64,000 bases of DNA from Chrysomallon squamiferum (GCA_012295275.1 CM022675.1:17298001-17362000); one strand, 5' to 3'; numbered from the stretch's first letter, positions 42,340 through 57,017 are shown. The notes: generated by a model from the letters alone, not told the origin. Translations and numbers: made by a program.

Positions 42340-45300
42340 CATAATAATAACAACAACAACATCAGCAACAACAACAATAATAACAATATCAATAAATCAA
42401 ATATAAAATTCATGGTAATAATATTTTCAGCAATTTAGCTGATTATCTATTTATTTCTGGAAAAAGTAGTAAGATGTATTTTATTTATAAGCTGTTGTTA
42501 ATCTGTTTCCATCAATACTGAAAAATAAATGACATAACATTTTCAAAGCACCTACCCTTGCCAAAGAAATCAAGTATCGAGGATTCAAGTAATATACTAC
42601 AGGTCTTCTTCGTTTTCCTGGAAGTCTTCTTGGACCAAATTTCCAAGACCATCGTTTTTTAATCTTTTCTTTCAATCGTGGATCTAATAATAATAATAAT
42701 AATAATAATAATACAGTAATATGACATGGACTAAATTAAAAAAGAAGTTATATCCACTCTTTTATGTGGATAATGATACACACAAAATGATACACACTTA
42801 ACAATAATAACATAGTATTTGTTTGAACTGACCATATTCACAAATATAACTCTTTGTCTTGAAACAATCAGCATATTCTCTTGTTGCTGTTGTCTCTCCT
42901 GCCTGTCTATAGCGTGTTTGCCTCTGGATTCGTCTTCTTGCTAGTTTCTTGTATGTTAGCAGCAATGTCCTGTAAATATTTCTTCGCACATACATATTCT
43001 TTGATCTTAATCCTCTGAAGTTAAATCTGATGCCTATTCCATACATTCTAATGAATCTTTGTATTTTCCTGGCCAAATATTTTCTATATTTGTAGCTGTT
43101 TCGGTTCACTTTTCCCTTCCATCTTCTTGTTCTTGTTCGGATAAAGAATCTCCTCCTTGATCGTCCTCGTGCATTCCTAACCATGACACAACCCATTGTT
43201 TTGTCTTCACCAATGTCTAGCTCAGCCTGAGGAAGATCAACTTGAGTAACATGAAGGAGATTGCTAACACGTCGTTGTGTCACCATTTTGTTTCCACCAA
43301 TCCAGAATTCTGAAAAATAAACAAATATATTATTTACAGATGATTTAAAACAGATTAGTATAAAATTAATGGAGAATGATGTAGTAACTTTAGTAAAGAT
43401 TCTAGATACACTGTATATATATAGATAGTGTTACTCTACACTGTTATTGTGAAATGCCATGAAATCTGATAAAAGAGGAAAATACATTAATCAATAGTTT
43501 TTTTGTCAGGACATAATTATTTCATTATCAGTACATTTTTGAAATGTTACTTTAATATTTTCTTTATTGTTCCCAAATATTAATTGTTTAATTATTATTG
43601 AATATTAAAATAGCTATTTAAAAAGATTAAATGAGAAAGAAACTAGCTGAAATATATTATAACTATTATTTATTAACCAGAGTTTTATATATCTAAATTC
43701 TAATATAAAATGTAGGCATGTAACTTGTACTTGGCAACAAGAATTTCAGAGCTTAATTATCAGTTAGACATATTCCAGTATCTATATTATCATTACTCAA
43801 CAAGAATATGATTATATAATATTTGAAAGTGATTAAAAATAAGTGTCCTAAGTTTTTCAATCCCTTTTCACTATAAAACTAATGTGTATTTTATGGATAT
43901 TTCCTTAATTTCATTCTGTATCAGTTTTCAGTAAAGTATTATATTGCTAGTTGTCAGTGTGGCTACTTTGTGGGATAAAAACCTGAGCGGCAGAGATGTC
44001 TTGACAACACTATCTTCAGATTGGACTCATCAGCATCATTGTCTATTCGTGCAAGACGAGCAAGATCAGCTTCCATGGCACAGGCCAAAGCAGCATCATG
44101 ATGCTTCTTCTCTTCATACAGAACTTTGTAACATTTGTTTGTGCCAAATGTTCGGAATCCTCTGGGACATTTGATTTTCCTGTTTGGTTTACCTGTAAGT
44201 TAAATAATTATATACTTTGCATTCATGATATGCCAAATACATAATGTTTTTAGTGGGTATTTTTAAATAATCTTTCTTGACTGTATTACATATATATAGA
44301 GCTGCCTTTATTCTGTGATGGCAGAGTTACTGTTTGTATTTATTTACAAGTTTGTAATGAATATCTGATACTTACAGTGTCTTCCATCACCCTTGAATCC
44401 TTTGTTACACACACATCGTCCATTCAGCAAACACCGTGCATTCCTGGAACATTTACCAAGTTTTTCTTTATGTTCAACTATGTCACCGTCTTTATTTCTT
44501 ACACATGTGTATTTTGTGTGACAGTGGTGAATGTAATAGGATTTGGGATTGTCAACCTGCATCAGAAAATAAAATATTTTATTAAAATACATACGTATAT
44601 ACAGAAACACACGCACTCACACACATGCACACAGATAGATAGATAGATTAAAAAGTTACTAGCATAAATAAAGGGGGATCATTATTTTACCTTTTTTTTC
44701 CTTTTTCAAAAATCATTTTATATTATTTATCAACATAATATACAACTACAAACACACATGTGGTTTACCTGACTACCCCCCCATATATATATATAAATAC
44801 ATAAATCAAGATTCCAGACCTTCAGATGAGTGGTGATTATAAATTGTAGTTATCTTTAATGATTAATATTGGCTAATAACATTAAACAGAAAAAAACCCA
44901 TCATCTATAAAACTGTTACTAAAATATTATTATTTCAATGAAGCAGATTTTTGCAAAACTTGAATGAAAACACAGGTGTATTATTCCCAGGTTCATATTT
45001 ATTTTCCATTAATTAGTTTTATTATGTCACCACAAACTGGAATGAGATAAGAAAGTACAATTATTATGCCCTTAAAATATTTTTTTTTTTTTGTTTGTTA
45101 ATAAAATATAACATTATTTTACAAACCTTCAAGTAATGGCCATTAACAACACATCCACATGCCTCAGTTGGCACACAGTCATCTCCTTGTTTAACAAAAC
45201 CTTCATTACAGGCACAGTCTAATTGCTTCTCATCAACATTACAGTTTTCTTCTGCATCCAGGTCAGCACAGGTGTTTTCACACACACTGTGGATTCGGAA

Positions 45301-48300
45301 CGAAGAATGGCGAGGACATTTCTTGGCTGAAAGAAAATGTAACGAATATTTAACAATAGTCAGGAACATTAAAATTAACACATAAAAATAATAATATTAT
45401 ATGTTTTATATGTGACAAACCAAGACAAACATTCCTTCATTTATTTGGGAAACAGAACATCACCCAGAAAAAAAAAGATGCATTGGCTAAAACATGTAAA
45501 AAAATGACAAGAACTTTATTAAACACTGTTTTCTCCCTATCATGAAATTTAATTATAGGATAATTTAATGACTTTTTAAATCAATTCTAATTATTCCAGA
45601 CTTGGAAATAAAATTAAATATGCAAATTACAAATTATTTGCATGTTTGTATGCACAGTTAAAAATACATATTACATATTTTGGATTCAGTATGAATAATT
45701 AGGTTTGATTAATTTTTAAAAATGGGACAAACTAATTTTAGATCAATGTAAACAAAACAAGGCTATAATATACTTACTGCATTGTCCTTTACTTGCAGGG
45801 TAGATGTTAATAAGAGCATCAGCAAACATATCTTTAGCTGCTCCAGCAGCAGTTTTCAGGTTGTCACAGAATTCACGTTTCTGTTCATTGTTGCAGTAAT
45901 CTTCTTCACACTGGTCCTGAAGTTTTTTCAGGAAGTCACTGATTAAAGAACCATCACACATTTTTTTACCTTTCAGAGCAGTCATGAATGGTCCATTAGG
46001 ATCAGTAATCATTCCACATCGTGATTTAGATCGGATGAATTGAAGTTCTTTCTTACTGCATTTTTTCAGGACCTTTGTTGTGGTGCATCTGAAAATAAAA
46101 AATAATAATAATAAAAAAAAAAATTAGGCAATTCTAATATAATTTAATTGAGAATAAAATCAAGCTTTGTAATTTTAAGTGGAAGTGTCAGTTTGTATTT
46201 TACTGACATCTGAGTATCTAATTTATGAATATATAAATAAAACATACTTTCCAAACTGTTCATCTGCAAGCCATGAATCACCAATTTGTCTGGCTTTGTC
46301 ATTCCGGTTTCTTCCTTTTGGTTTGGCTCCATTTCTCAGTCTAAATTCCACGTCTTGTTTGCCATTGAAGTTTCCACAAAGACCTTGAACCTGATTTATG
46401 AAAATATGCTCAAAACACTGCATACTAAAATATAATATGTTTTTCTCGTTTTGTGCTTCTCTCTGTGGGTGGATATATATTTATGATTTCTGTGCAAATA
46501 TAGCTGAGAAAACCACCATCATTGATTTTATTCCCACTCTTGGTAATTTTGAAATCACTGTCATCATTAACCTTACGAAACATTTAGGAACATTTTTTCC
46601 TATATTTCTTTTCTATGTGCAGCTTAAGTTTAAATCAACAAAGAACATTTTTATGAGAATGATATGATAAACTCACCTTTCCTTGGTATGACATAGGCAA
46701 ACGAATCTGCACATATGTTGATCCATCAAACATTACTTCTAAGCAGTTAGACAGCTTAATTTTCACAAAACGTCCAAAATGGTCAATTTGCATTGAATAA
46801 CCATCCATATCTTTGTTCCATGGCAAGTCAATTCTTTGCATGGCACCAGGCTCTCCAATCTAGAAATGAAGATGTAAAAAATAAATAACCAAGTCATAGT
46901 TATTAAAAATTATACGTTACAACATCATCTATAATTATTACTTTCAAAATTATTTTGTATGTTGTTTATTAAAATGACACATATATAACTGAAATTACTT
47001 TAAAAGTTTTTATAACATTGACAACAACTTAAGTCAGTAAATTTTCTTTGTCATTTATAACTGAGTCAAAAAGAGAATAACAAATTTCAAAAAATGAAAT
47101 TTAAAGTAATATAGTATCTGCATTGTCATATCACAACTTACTTCAACAACTCTTCTCTGGCCAAGTTTAATTGTGTATTTGTCAAAGGTGCATATTATGA
47201 AGTCAGTCCATGAAGGACGACCCCTAGGTCTTCTCCTTTTGTGATTCTGGACCTTGCAGCTGAATGGAATAACTCCACTACCTCCAATTACTGTTGTTTC
47301 AGACATCACATATGTGCATACTCCCATAAAATCTAACCGCTTATGGCAAGCATCAAAGGATCTGTAATGTGGATCACCACTGGCAGTGCAGATTCCAACA
47401 GCTGGAATTTGAATATCGTTCTTAAGCATTATATATAATAAACACAAAGTTATAACTGAAATACTTTCTTGTTAGCCATATAAATATTTTCAGTTAAACA
47501 TTTATATATGAAACATATATACTGATAAGCATGCACATGTACACATAAACATATACCATAAATATAAATATATAAATATGAATTACACATTCATACACTG
47601 ATGAACAGAGAATATTTAAGTGCCATCAAAGTGAAAATATGTGTATTCACACAAAATATTTCAAATAAAAACATTTTACTCACTCTGACATTTTCCTGCC
47701 TGATCACAACAACTACCAGAACACTGTCCTCGGCTTCTTCGTCTTCTTCCTACACATCGGAAACCTCCTCTCATGTTTCTACACTTTGCTCCTCTAGCTC
47801 GGCAGATATTGCGATTTTTTTTCAGTGCACAGAAATTGATGACTGTATAAACAAAAATAGGGCTCAGAACAGGCAAGCAATCTTTTCTTTTCAAATTTAT
47901 TCATAATATAAAATATCACAATAAAAGTTCTGGAATAAGCCATGACAATGAAAGTTTTGTTTTTAACCCCAAAAAAAAAAAAAAAAAAAATAAAAAAATA
48001 ATAATAATAATTAAAATAATATGTATATTAAAGTATTTGACCAAAAGTAATTATCCTTGGTTAATTTGCTTTACAGAAAGACTACTGATAAAATGGAAAA
48101 TTAGAGTATAAATGAAACTAAAAATTGCTTGCCAAAATGACTGCAGAAAAGTAAGTTAGTATTTAGGGCACCATTTACAAGCTGACAATCCCAGTTCCAT
48201 GTATGCATTCGCACATGCACACACTCACCCACACCAAAATAAATCATAAATACATAACACCTGTACACACAAACATATTTCATAAACAGAAGTGTCCTTA

Positions 48301-50940
48301 TATTTAATACACAAGTCCAATACATAAATAATTATAATAAGCTGTTTCATAAAAAATCCATTTTAAATAGCAAACATAATGAGAAAACAAAATTGTATAA
48401 AAACTTTTAAGATCATAGACCAAGATGTTATATCAGTATTTGAAATAATGCAAAAGAACATTGAAATTAAAGATTTTTAAATTAAATTACTGGAGCAGTT
48501 TTGTTAATAAATAACTGCTTTAAGGATTTTTGCTAATATTAATATTTATAAGTAATGTATTTTTGCTGAACAATACAAAATAAAAGGAAAAATTATTTAA
48601 AATTTGTATTTGAATCATAGCTATAAATCAATTACTATCATATTTACTGTATGCTGCACATACACTTAAATATTCTTATTATTACTAAAACAAACTTGAT
48701 CATAAATACCCTTTTCACAGAGAACCTTGATTTCAAAGTCAGGACAGTTCCTTCCCCTACACAGAATACCACCTCCGTTTCGCCACAGAGAGCATGGTCT
48801 GGCAAATCGTCTGCCCCTGTATCTACTTGTAACATAAGGACCTCCTCTAACACGGCATTTGATAGCCTTGGGGTATCTGCATAAGTTTCTGATTCGCCTT
48901 CGGATTTTCTGAATAGAGCAAAATATTTTAAGAATACAATTAATAAATTTTATATTTTACTATAATAAATAGTTATTAAAAAATTACACCTAATACATTC
49001 TTCCATCTATAACATTTTAGAATTCTTATAACATTTTGTGCACTGATGGAGTAAAAAATATTATTAATTCATAAATTCTTTTGTTCAGTATTCTTCATTC
49101 ATTCAATTTCCAATTAAATAGGAAATATGTGGATGTCTCGGGCAATGTTTTTGTTTTTGTAAACATATATTTCAGACTTCCTAATACTCTAGAGTACTGT
49201 ATGTTCACTTAATATACACTCTATAGTCTAATGGGCATGTTTGTACAGGAACGTCATTACACATACCCTTGATTTGCGACACCTGTTATAACTCTCATAC
49301 TCATAGCGTTTAGATGGTCTATGGTTGTTCATCCAAGGAGTCCATTCATATTCATTAGGATCAACATTATTGGCTGTGAAAAATAATTATTTATCAACTT
49401 CAGTATAATAATAATAATAGTTATAATAGTTATAATAAATATTGATATAAAAATAGAGAAATAAATACAGAGTTTCAATAACAGTATAAAAATAAAACTT
49501 TAGTAAGTTCACAATATGCCTATTAATAAAATAATAATAATGAAAAAGTGTGACATACTAAATTCACAGCAGAATCCTGATCGTCTGTTGCAGTTGGCCA
49601 GAACTGGTCGTCCATGTCGGTATCTTTCAAAGTCAACCATGACACATTTGTTCTTCGTGAAGTCAGCAGTATCAAGAGCTTCTTCTTCAGCCTGTTTCTT
49701 GATAGCATGATCAGTCATCAGACCTCGGAATCTCTTAGCTCTGAAAGATCCTCCACACCTCATAATGAAATCTTTGACAGCGTCTATTTCACCTCTGGCG
49801 AAAGCTCTCCTAAGAGAGCCTCTTGTTGTACTTCTGAAAAATACCTGGTGGGAAATAAAGAGAAAGTTTTTATCCTTGACAGGAATCTGTAAACAAGTTG
49901 TTATGACTAGTACATTTTATAATTTTTCTACTGAAGGCAGAATATAATTCAAATTAATCTTAAAAGTGCATCAAAATAATGAAATATGAAATAAACTAAA
50001 TATATTTCAGCTTGCGAGAAAAAAATTAAGATGTTTCTGGTAATTCTAATTTATTTATTAGAAAAATGCAGACAGTCAACAAATTTAGAATTTTGGTTAA
50101 TTTATCTGTTTTTGATAGTTACAAGACACATGAACAAATTATGTTTTCAGAAGACGTTTTGAGCCAGTTTAAAAATAACTAATAAAAAGATTTACTACTG
50201 CCCATAAATAATGTATATGAAATGTGTACATATTTACAGATAATTTTATATTTATTATAAGGCTTTGATATCAGTAAAATCTTATTAAAACTCCATGTAT
50301 TAACATTTTAGTTTTTATGAAAATAATTTTAAAAGTACCCTTCCATGTTTGACTCTTTCCACTTCTCCTGCTTCTCGCAACACTCGTCTGAAATCTATAT
50401 CCACACCAGCAGACCACCGATTCCTCCTCCTCCCTAATTAACAAACATTTAGAACTTTATTAGAAAATGTTCATGTATACTTTAATTATTGTTTTGATTA
50501 TTGTAAAGTGCATTATTACTGATATGATGGACATTTGTTTGTTTGTTTATTTATCTTTTATTTACACTTACTTCGATTGAATCGACCAAGTCGTCTCATG
50601 CCAGCAACGATATTTTTGACTCTGAAAAGTTCACCACCAATCCTTCGGCATCTAGCAAATGCTTCAGCATATGTTGCACGACAGTTAGAGCAGTACAGAC
50701 ATTTACCTTCCACATTTTTGAATGGACGCGGACAGAAGAACACATTGGACAGGGCTGTATGAAAATAACATTAAAGTGATTTAAAAATAGGGGACAAAAT
50801 GAATGAAAGAAAGAAATAAAAATAACAAAAGGAAAAGTGAATGAATCAAATAGAAGAAAAAAGAAAGAATTAGAGATTAAGAAGAGAATAAATGAACCTT
50901 AAATATAAAAACTCCTTTTCTTAATAAACAATAGGAAGAA

Positions 50941-51009
<69 letters not shown>

Positions 51010-54000
51010 CTCTCTCTCTTGCTCTCTCTCTTGCTCTCTCTGATAAACCCAGGGACAAATTTTTCACAAAGTCAGCTACATTTAATGCTACTTTACTAAA
51101 CTTTAAAGATATGTTTATCAAAAGAGAATAAAAAATAAACTGGATAGTTTATGTGACAAGCTAATGGCTAATAATGAATTTGTTATCTTTTTTTTTCCAT
51201 TTTAGATTTAGAAAAATACTTAACACTGAAACATAATTTAATTCTGAATAATAAGCCACAATTTTTTTAAATATTATTTTCTGATTTAAAATAGAAATTC
51301 TGATTAGAAAATTGCCGGTTAAATTATATCTTTCAAGTCTAGATTTAGAATAGGTAATAGATGTAGTTAAAATGAAAACTATAAATCAAGAGGGCAACCT
51401 TTTTCGAGAAGCGGGCCACATGAGACATGGCTCATCCTCAGGTACTAATTTAGGTGATTAATGTTATTTTCCTTGTGAAATTAGGCGGGCCACTGAGAAA
51501 ACCGCAGTTTGCCCATGACTGCTGTAAATCCTTCGGTTTTATAATAGCTATATAATATTATTTTTAAAAATTCATACCTATGCATTCTTTAACAAAATCT
51601 CGTCGTCCGTATCTTCCGTATTTAGATCGGCCTCTGTAACAACGACACTGAAGTCTGCTGGAACATCTAGCATTTCTGGGACATCGGTTTCTTTGGCCTC
51701 TCACATATTTCACCTTGCCATTTACACATCGTCGCGGACTTCTGCAGCCTTTCCTAAGGAAGAACCCTTCTCCGTGCTGTGTAATAAAACAGCATCAGTT
51801 CAAATTATTTGACGCTAGAATTCACGTTATTGTATATTCACTTAATAATCGAGTACTGTCGAAACGGTTCATCACCCTCCCCGGTATAAGGCATTCTCGT
51901 TTACTGCGTCCTCCCCCAAAAAAAAATTCTTGAGCTCCAAACATCTGAATTAAAAATATACATTATTTTTTCTCGTTTTGCAGTCCCCAGGCTATCTGCA
52001 AGCACAATAAAATTACCCAATAAACAGCCATCAGCCGATCATGTCTACCATATCAACTTGTAAGCTGATCGGACTTAAGTCAGACATCTAAGTTTACTGA
52101 ATCCATATTTTCTTTGTATAGTACTGTAAGTAATCACCTTGTTTGAACCTTAAGTCTGCACATTTCTATTCTTTCTTTAGTAAGCCTTTTAATTAGTTTA
52201 AATCAAACACAATTTGCTCTGCAGTATGTTTAATATTTGATACGTAAAAAGGAAGATCCATTTCCAATCATTCCGATATAAATTTTATTTATCTCTTTGT
52301 GCACTGTAAAAACAAGGATGTCGAACTTCTCATTAACGCAGTTTGTAAGCATCGAAACCTGTATGATACTAGTATACCAGAATATAGGGATCATGAACTT
52401 TCAGAAAAATCGAGGACTACAGTAAGCGTGGGTCCCTACAAAATATATAATATGAACTGCTATTGGTTTAAAAAAAAAAAAAAATGACGTGGATAATTCC
52501 TAAATGTACACTTTCCATTGAACGGCGAGTATTAACACAAACATGACTGTCGCTAAACTCAATTTTCTATACGAAAACATTTTTATTTTCTTGTAATTCC
52601 ACACTTCTTCCCAAAGTGTTTTTTAAGATTGTAATTAGGAAGCTTTGCTTTGTAAAAAATAATTCATATTCAAACATTTATTACACCAGTGAAAATATCA
52701 ATATTTGCATATGGCCGATACAGAAGTAATTAATTTGAACATATAAAATGCTAAAATATGGTTTTAATTCTTAATATATAAATTATAATTAATCATTAAA
52801 GTGAGACAAAACTTACTCTGTATGTTCTGTGGTTGACTCGGCATCGTTTACGGTACCTCCCTGTTTAAATATAAATCAGATTTGGTTTTAGTAAACTTTA
52901 ACATACATGCACACAGAGACAGTCATTTTCATATTTATTAGAGTAGAATATTATTTAGAAATTTAGAAGCCATAAAAGCAAAATTCAAATGTAATGCATA
53001 ACATACCAGAACATTAATAACGTAACAAATGCTTCCTTCTGAGTATTTCTCTATTAAGATATAAAAAACAAAAATTACTCACTGCGGCTGCCATCACGAT
53101 ACTCACCCAAATCAATTTGTTAGAGGAGTTTAAGAAACATCAGAAAGGTATATATTGAGAGAAAAAATATTGAAAATATTAAAACATGCAAAATAATGTA
53201 CACAAAGAAATCTAATAAAACATGCTACGAATAATATGCAAATGCGATTAAAACATGCTCTGAACATGCAAGTGCAAAAAAAAACACAAAAAAACACAAC
53301 AACAACAGCAAAATAAAAAAATAATTAAATAAAAAAATACAAATGAAACAGAAACTCCAAGGAAATTAAATTAATTCAGTTTTTTTTTTTTTTTTTTTTT
53401 TTGTTGTTGTTGTTGCTGCTGTTGTTGTTGTTTTGGAAAAATATTTTAATATCAATACCCATGATTTGTAATAATAATAATAATAACTGATCTCAGTTTT
53501 CATTATTCAAAATGAAAAAACATAGAATCTGAATTTATCTGTTATGCATAACCGCGTTCTTATGACTATTCATTTCGTAGGTTATATTTGGTTGTTTTTA
53601 TTATCGTCTGAATATGTTTGAATATTTAGATGGTTTATAAGGTATTGACTTTGTGAAAACGTTATTTTACTAGAAATATTTTTCGGGCTTCATACTCATA
53701 CAAACGTGCAGATTCATTTAAACTATGGAATTCAAAAAGGAATTAGAGATGTATTATGATTCAAAAGGAATTTTCATTTAAATTTAATATATTTGTTTAT
53801 CTTATATAAAAGATAAAGTGAAAAAAAAAAGGAGATTATTTCCGAATGCAGCATACACAATAATAATGAAACAATATTATAAAATGATAAAACTTTAGAG
53901 GAATTAGTTTGACGGATTTATTTTTTTGTTCCTTTTTAAACTATAAAATGTTTAACCTATTTGTAAGATTAGTACATTTGGTGGGGTATAATCTTACTGA

Positions 54001-56959
54001 ATAAATAAAAATATTTGCAATAAAATTGTTGTGTTCATGCTCTTATATTTAACTATATAAAATATATATAGGGTAGCTCAACGCCTAAATATCAGAGATC
54101 ATATAATATAGCCGCTAACTGGTGTCTATATTAGCTTCCATCTGAAAAATGTCCTTTGCGCCCAGAAACGAAGTCGATTAATAAAGACGATTGTATCTTA
54201 GATTCATTTTATTATTTTCGTCAAGTTTTTAGTAAAATTCATATATATTTTTTTAGTTTATTAGTTTTTTTATTTAGTGTCTACAAACCATATAAAACAA
54301 AATATGTCTGCCATTTCCTCTCAGATAATACTTTTTTTTTTCTGCCACGAAGATTTATTGAAATATTATTGTCAGATAGTTTATTATTATTATTATTATT
54401 ATTTCAATAAAGTTTATAAGCACGGGCTTATTTGCTATCTGATGAAAGATACCTATAAATATAATAATTTTCAAAACAAGTAATGCAGAAATATTGGATT
54501 GCAGATTAAAATAAGTGAACTCGTTTTCAATATTACGCACAGAATCACAGAAATATAATTCTTTAATTAATAACTGGAGTAAAACATTAAAAAAAAATGT
54601 ATATCACATAAAACAGGAAATTTAGAATGCTTCCTACCATTTATTATCAAAATGCGTGTAACAACGACATCGAAACAATGTTCTATGTAAATAATCGTAT
54701 ATGATTACATTTTATCGTAGTTATTTAAACACAAGTTGTAAAATTATTAATTGTTTAAGATACACATATAATTTTGATTAAAAGATTTCTTTGAGATAAT
54801 TCATCAATTTTAAGGATGTGTTTGTGGGTGGGTGGGTGTGTTCAGATAAATCAAAATTTCAAGTAAAAAGTATGGAGTAATAATGTAGATATATAAAAAT
54901 AGTCACTCCACAAAAAATAAAAGTAATAAAAATAATAAAACAATAAAAAATATAAAGAAAAGAGAAAGAAAAGGAAATTGTATGTATGTGTATATATATA
55001 AGAAAATATTTTATGATATGGTAAAAAATAGAAATGTCACCATTATAAACAAATTAAATGCACAACTAAATTTAAGGAATTTTTTCAAAGTTAAAAATTA
55101 AGTCAAAACAAAAGTGTATCTACGTACTACGATGTCTTCTTATATAACGTATCCACCATCTCTCTCGACCTGAAACAAGTTCATTAAATTTCTTTTAAAT
55201 TCTTCATAAAAAATATAGATATTCATTAAAATAATTAAAAAATTTATGACGCAACAATTTATAATTTCATATAAAGTCAACATCTTTTAATTAATTTATT
55301 TGTTTCTTTGTTTTATTGAGCTAACAATTTTAACGTATTTTTTCAAGACAAAATGATAACGCTAACAAGAAAGGTCAATAACATATTGAGATATAAACTA
55401 CTTTTTACTAACCTAGACCACGATGTCTTCTCAGCCATCGTCTCCAGTACTTGCCACCTCCTGAAATAATTGAATTACATTTCTGTTTATGTTCTTGTAA
55501 TGTTTATTTTATTATCTATTTCGATAATAAAGCATTCAAAACACTGTAAACTGATCAAGGACATACGGCCCCTCTTTCAGAATAAGAAATTATTTCGACC
55601 AGTCATACCTTTTACTTACAAATGATCCGTTCTCTCTAATCATATGATGCTAAAAATTACTGATAAAATCTATTAAAATAAAACAGAAAAGACCGAACCT
55701 GGTTTATTTAAAAAAGAAACTAAGTGTAATTATTATTATTATGATTATTATGATTATGATTATTATTGTTGTTGTTGTTGTTTTTTGTTTTTTTTTAAAG
55801 TATAATGTACTCACGTCTAAATGCTCTTATTCGACTTCGACTTGGTCCTGCGTGAAATAATAAAGAAATTCACATAAAGAAATTCACGTGAAAAAAAGAA
55901 AAACAAATGTACATAAATTACTTAAACGTATTTTCAAAACACGTAAAAACACGAAAAAACAATATTTTGATAAAATTGATATTCCACCTCTTCTTCTTCT
56001 TCATTTTCTTCTTCTAATCATTTACAGTTATAATGTTTGAAAAAGTAGAGCGAGAATGTCAGTTAACCTCAATCTTCTCATTCTGCGCTTCTATTATCAT
56101 TATTACTTTTCTTCTTCTTACTATTATTATTATTATTATTATTATTATTACTGTCATTATTATATTTACTTCTATGATGTCGATGTCTTCGTAGCCAACG
56201 TCTCCACCATCTCTCTCTTCCTATAAAGAAAAACAAAATAAAAACATTCACATGTAAGTGAATATCTTCAATATATTTTTCAATTTCTAAATATTTTATT
56301 TTATTATACTAAACAACATACTAACCTCGACCACGATGTTTTCTCAGCCATCTCCTCCAATATTTTCCACCACCTGAAATCAGTGAATATCAATATTCTT
56401 AACTTTCTTTATCCAACTAAATTTACTAGTTGTCGTGCAAAATGGCAATACAGTGGTCATAAAACATAAAGAAAAATTCAGTTCTTCATCTTCTTCTTCT
56501 TCTTCTTCTTCTCCTTATTATTATTATTATTATTATTATTATTGTCTTGATTTTTGCTGTTCTTGTTGATATTATTACTATTATTCTACACATCTGAAAA
56601 TTATAACTATATAAATATCCTAATGTTCATAATATCCAAAAATTAACTAACTGAAGTACCACAATTCTTTAATATGGAAAAACACACAAAATTATACTAA
56701 CGTCTGTAAGCTCGAATTCTGCTTCTGCTTGGCCCTAGAAGAGAATAAATCAATCGAATATTAGTAAATAAATATTTTAATACTAAAAATATACTTATCC
56801 TTTTGCTACAACAGATTTATCTAAAATGCAAAAATATTCTTTGTTATATTCATTTACTGCTATTATTTTCTCAAATGTTAAATCTGTATTTCCATTAGCC
56901 TCGCCATTTCAAAAATTATTTTCATATTATCATCACTGTCATCGTCATCATCATCGTTA

Positions 56960-57017
<58 letters not shown>

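Noticed and set aside
53078-53140. Signal-peptide-like stretch KLIWVSIVMAAA|gtgagt as the first exon of the giant gene
   Set aside because: The upstream ATG is out of frame and an in-frame TGA precedes the stretch. A phase-0 donor into 52860 would break the frame, whereas the microexon route is phase-compatible. An alternative start here cannot be fully excluded.
56790-56815. A fourth microexon per unit (minus strand tag|CAAAAGGATAA|gt)
   Set aside because: It is 11 nt, is not frame-preserving, contains TAA in the phase-1 frame, and is absent from the diverged terminal triplet.
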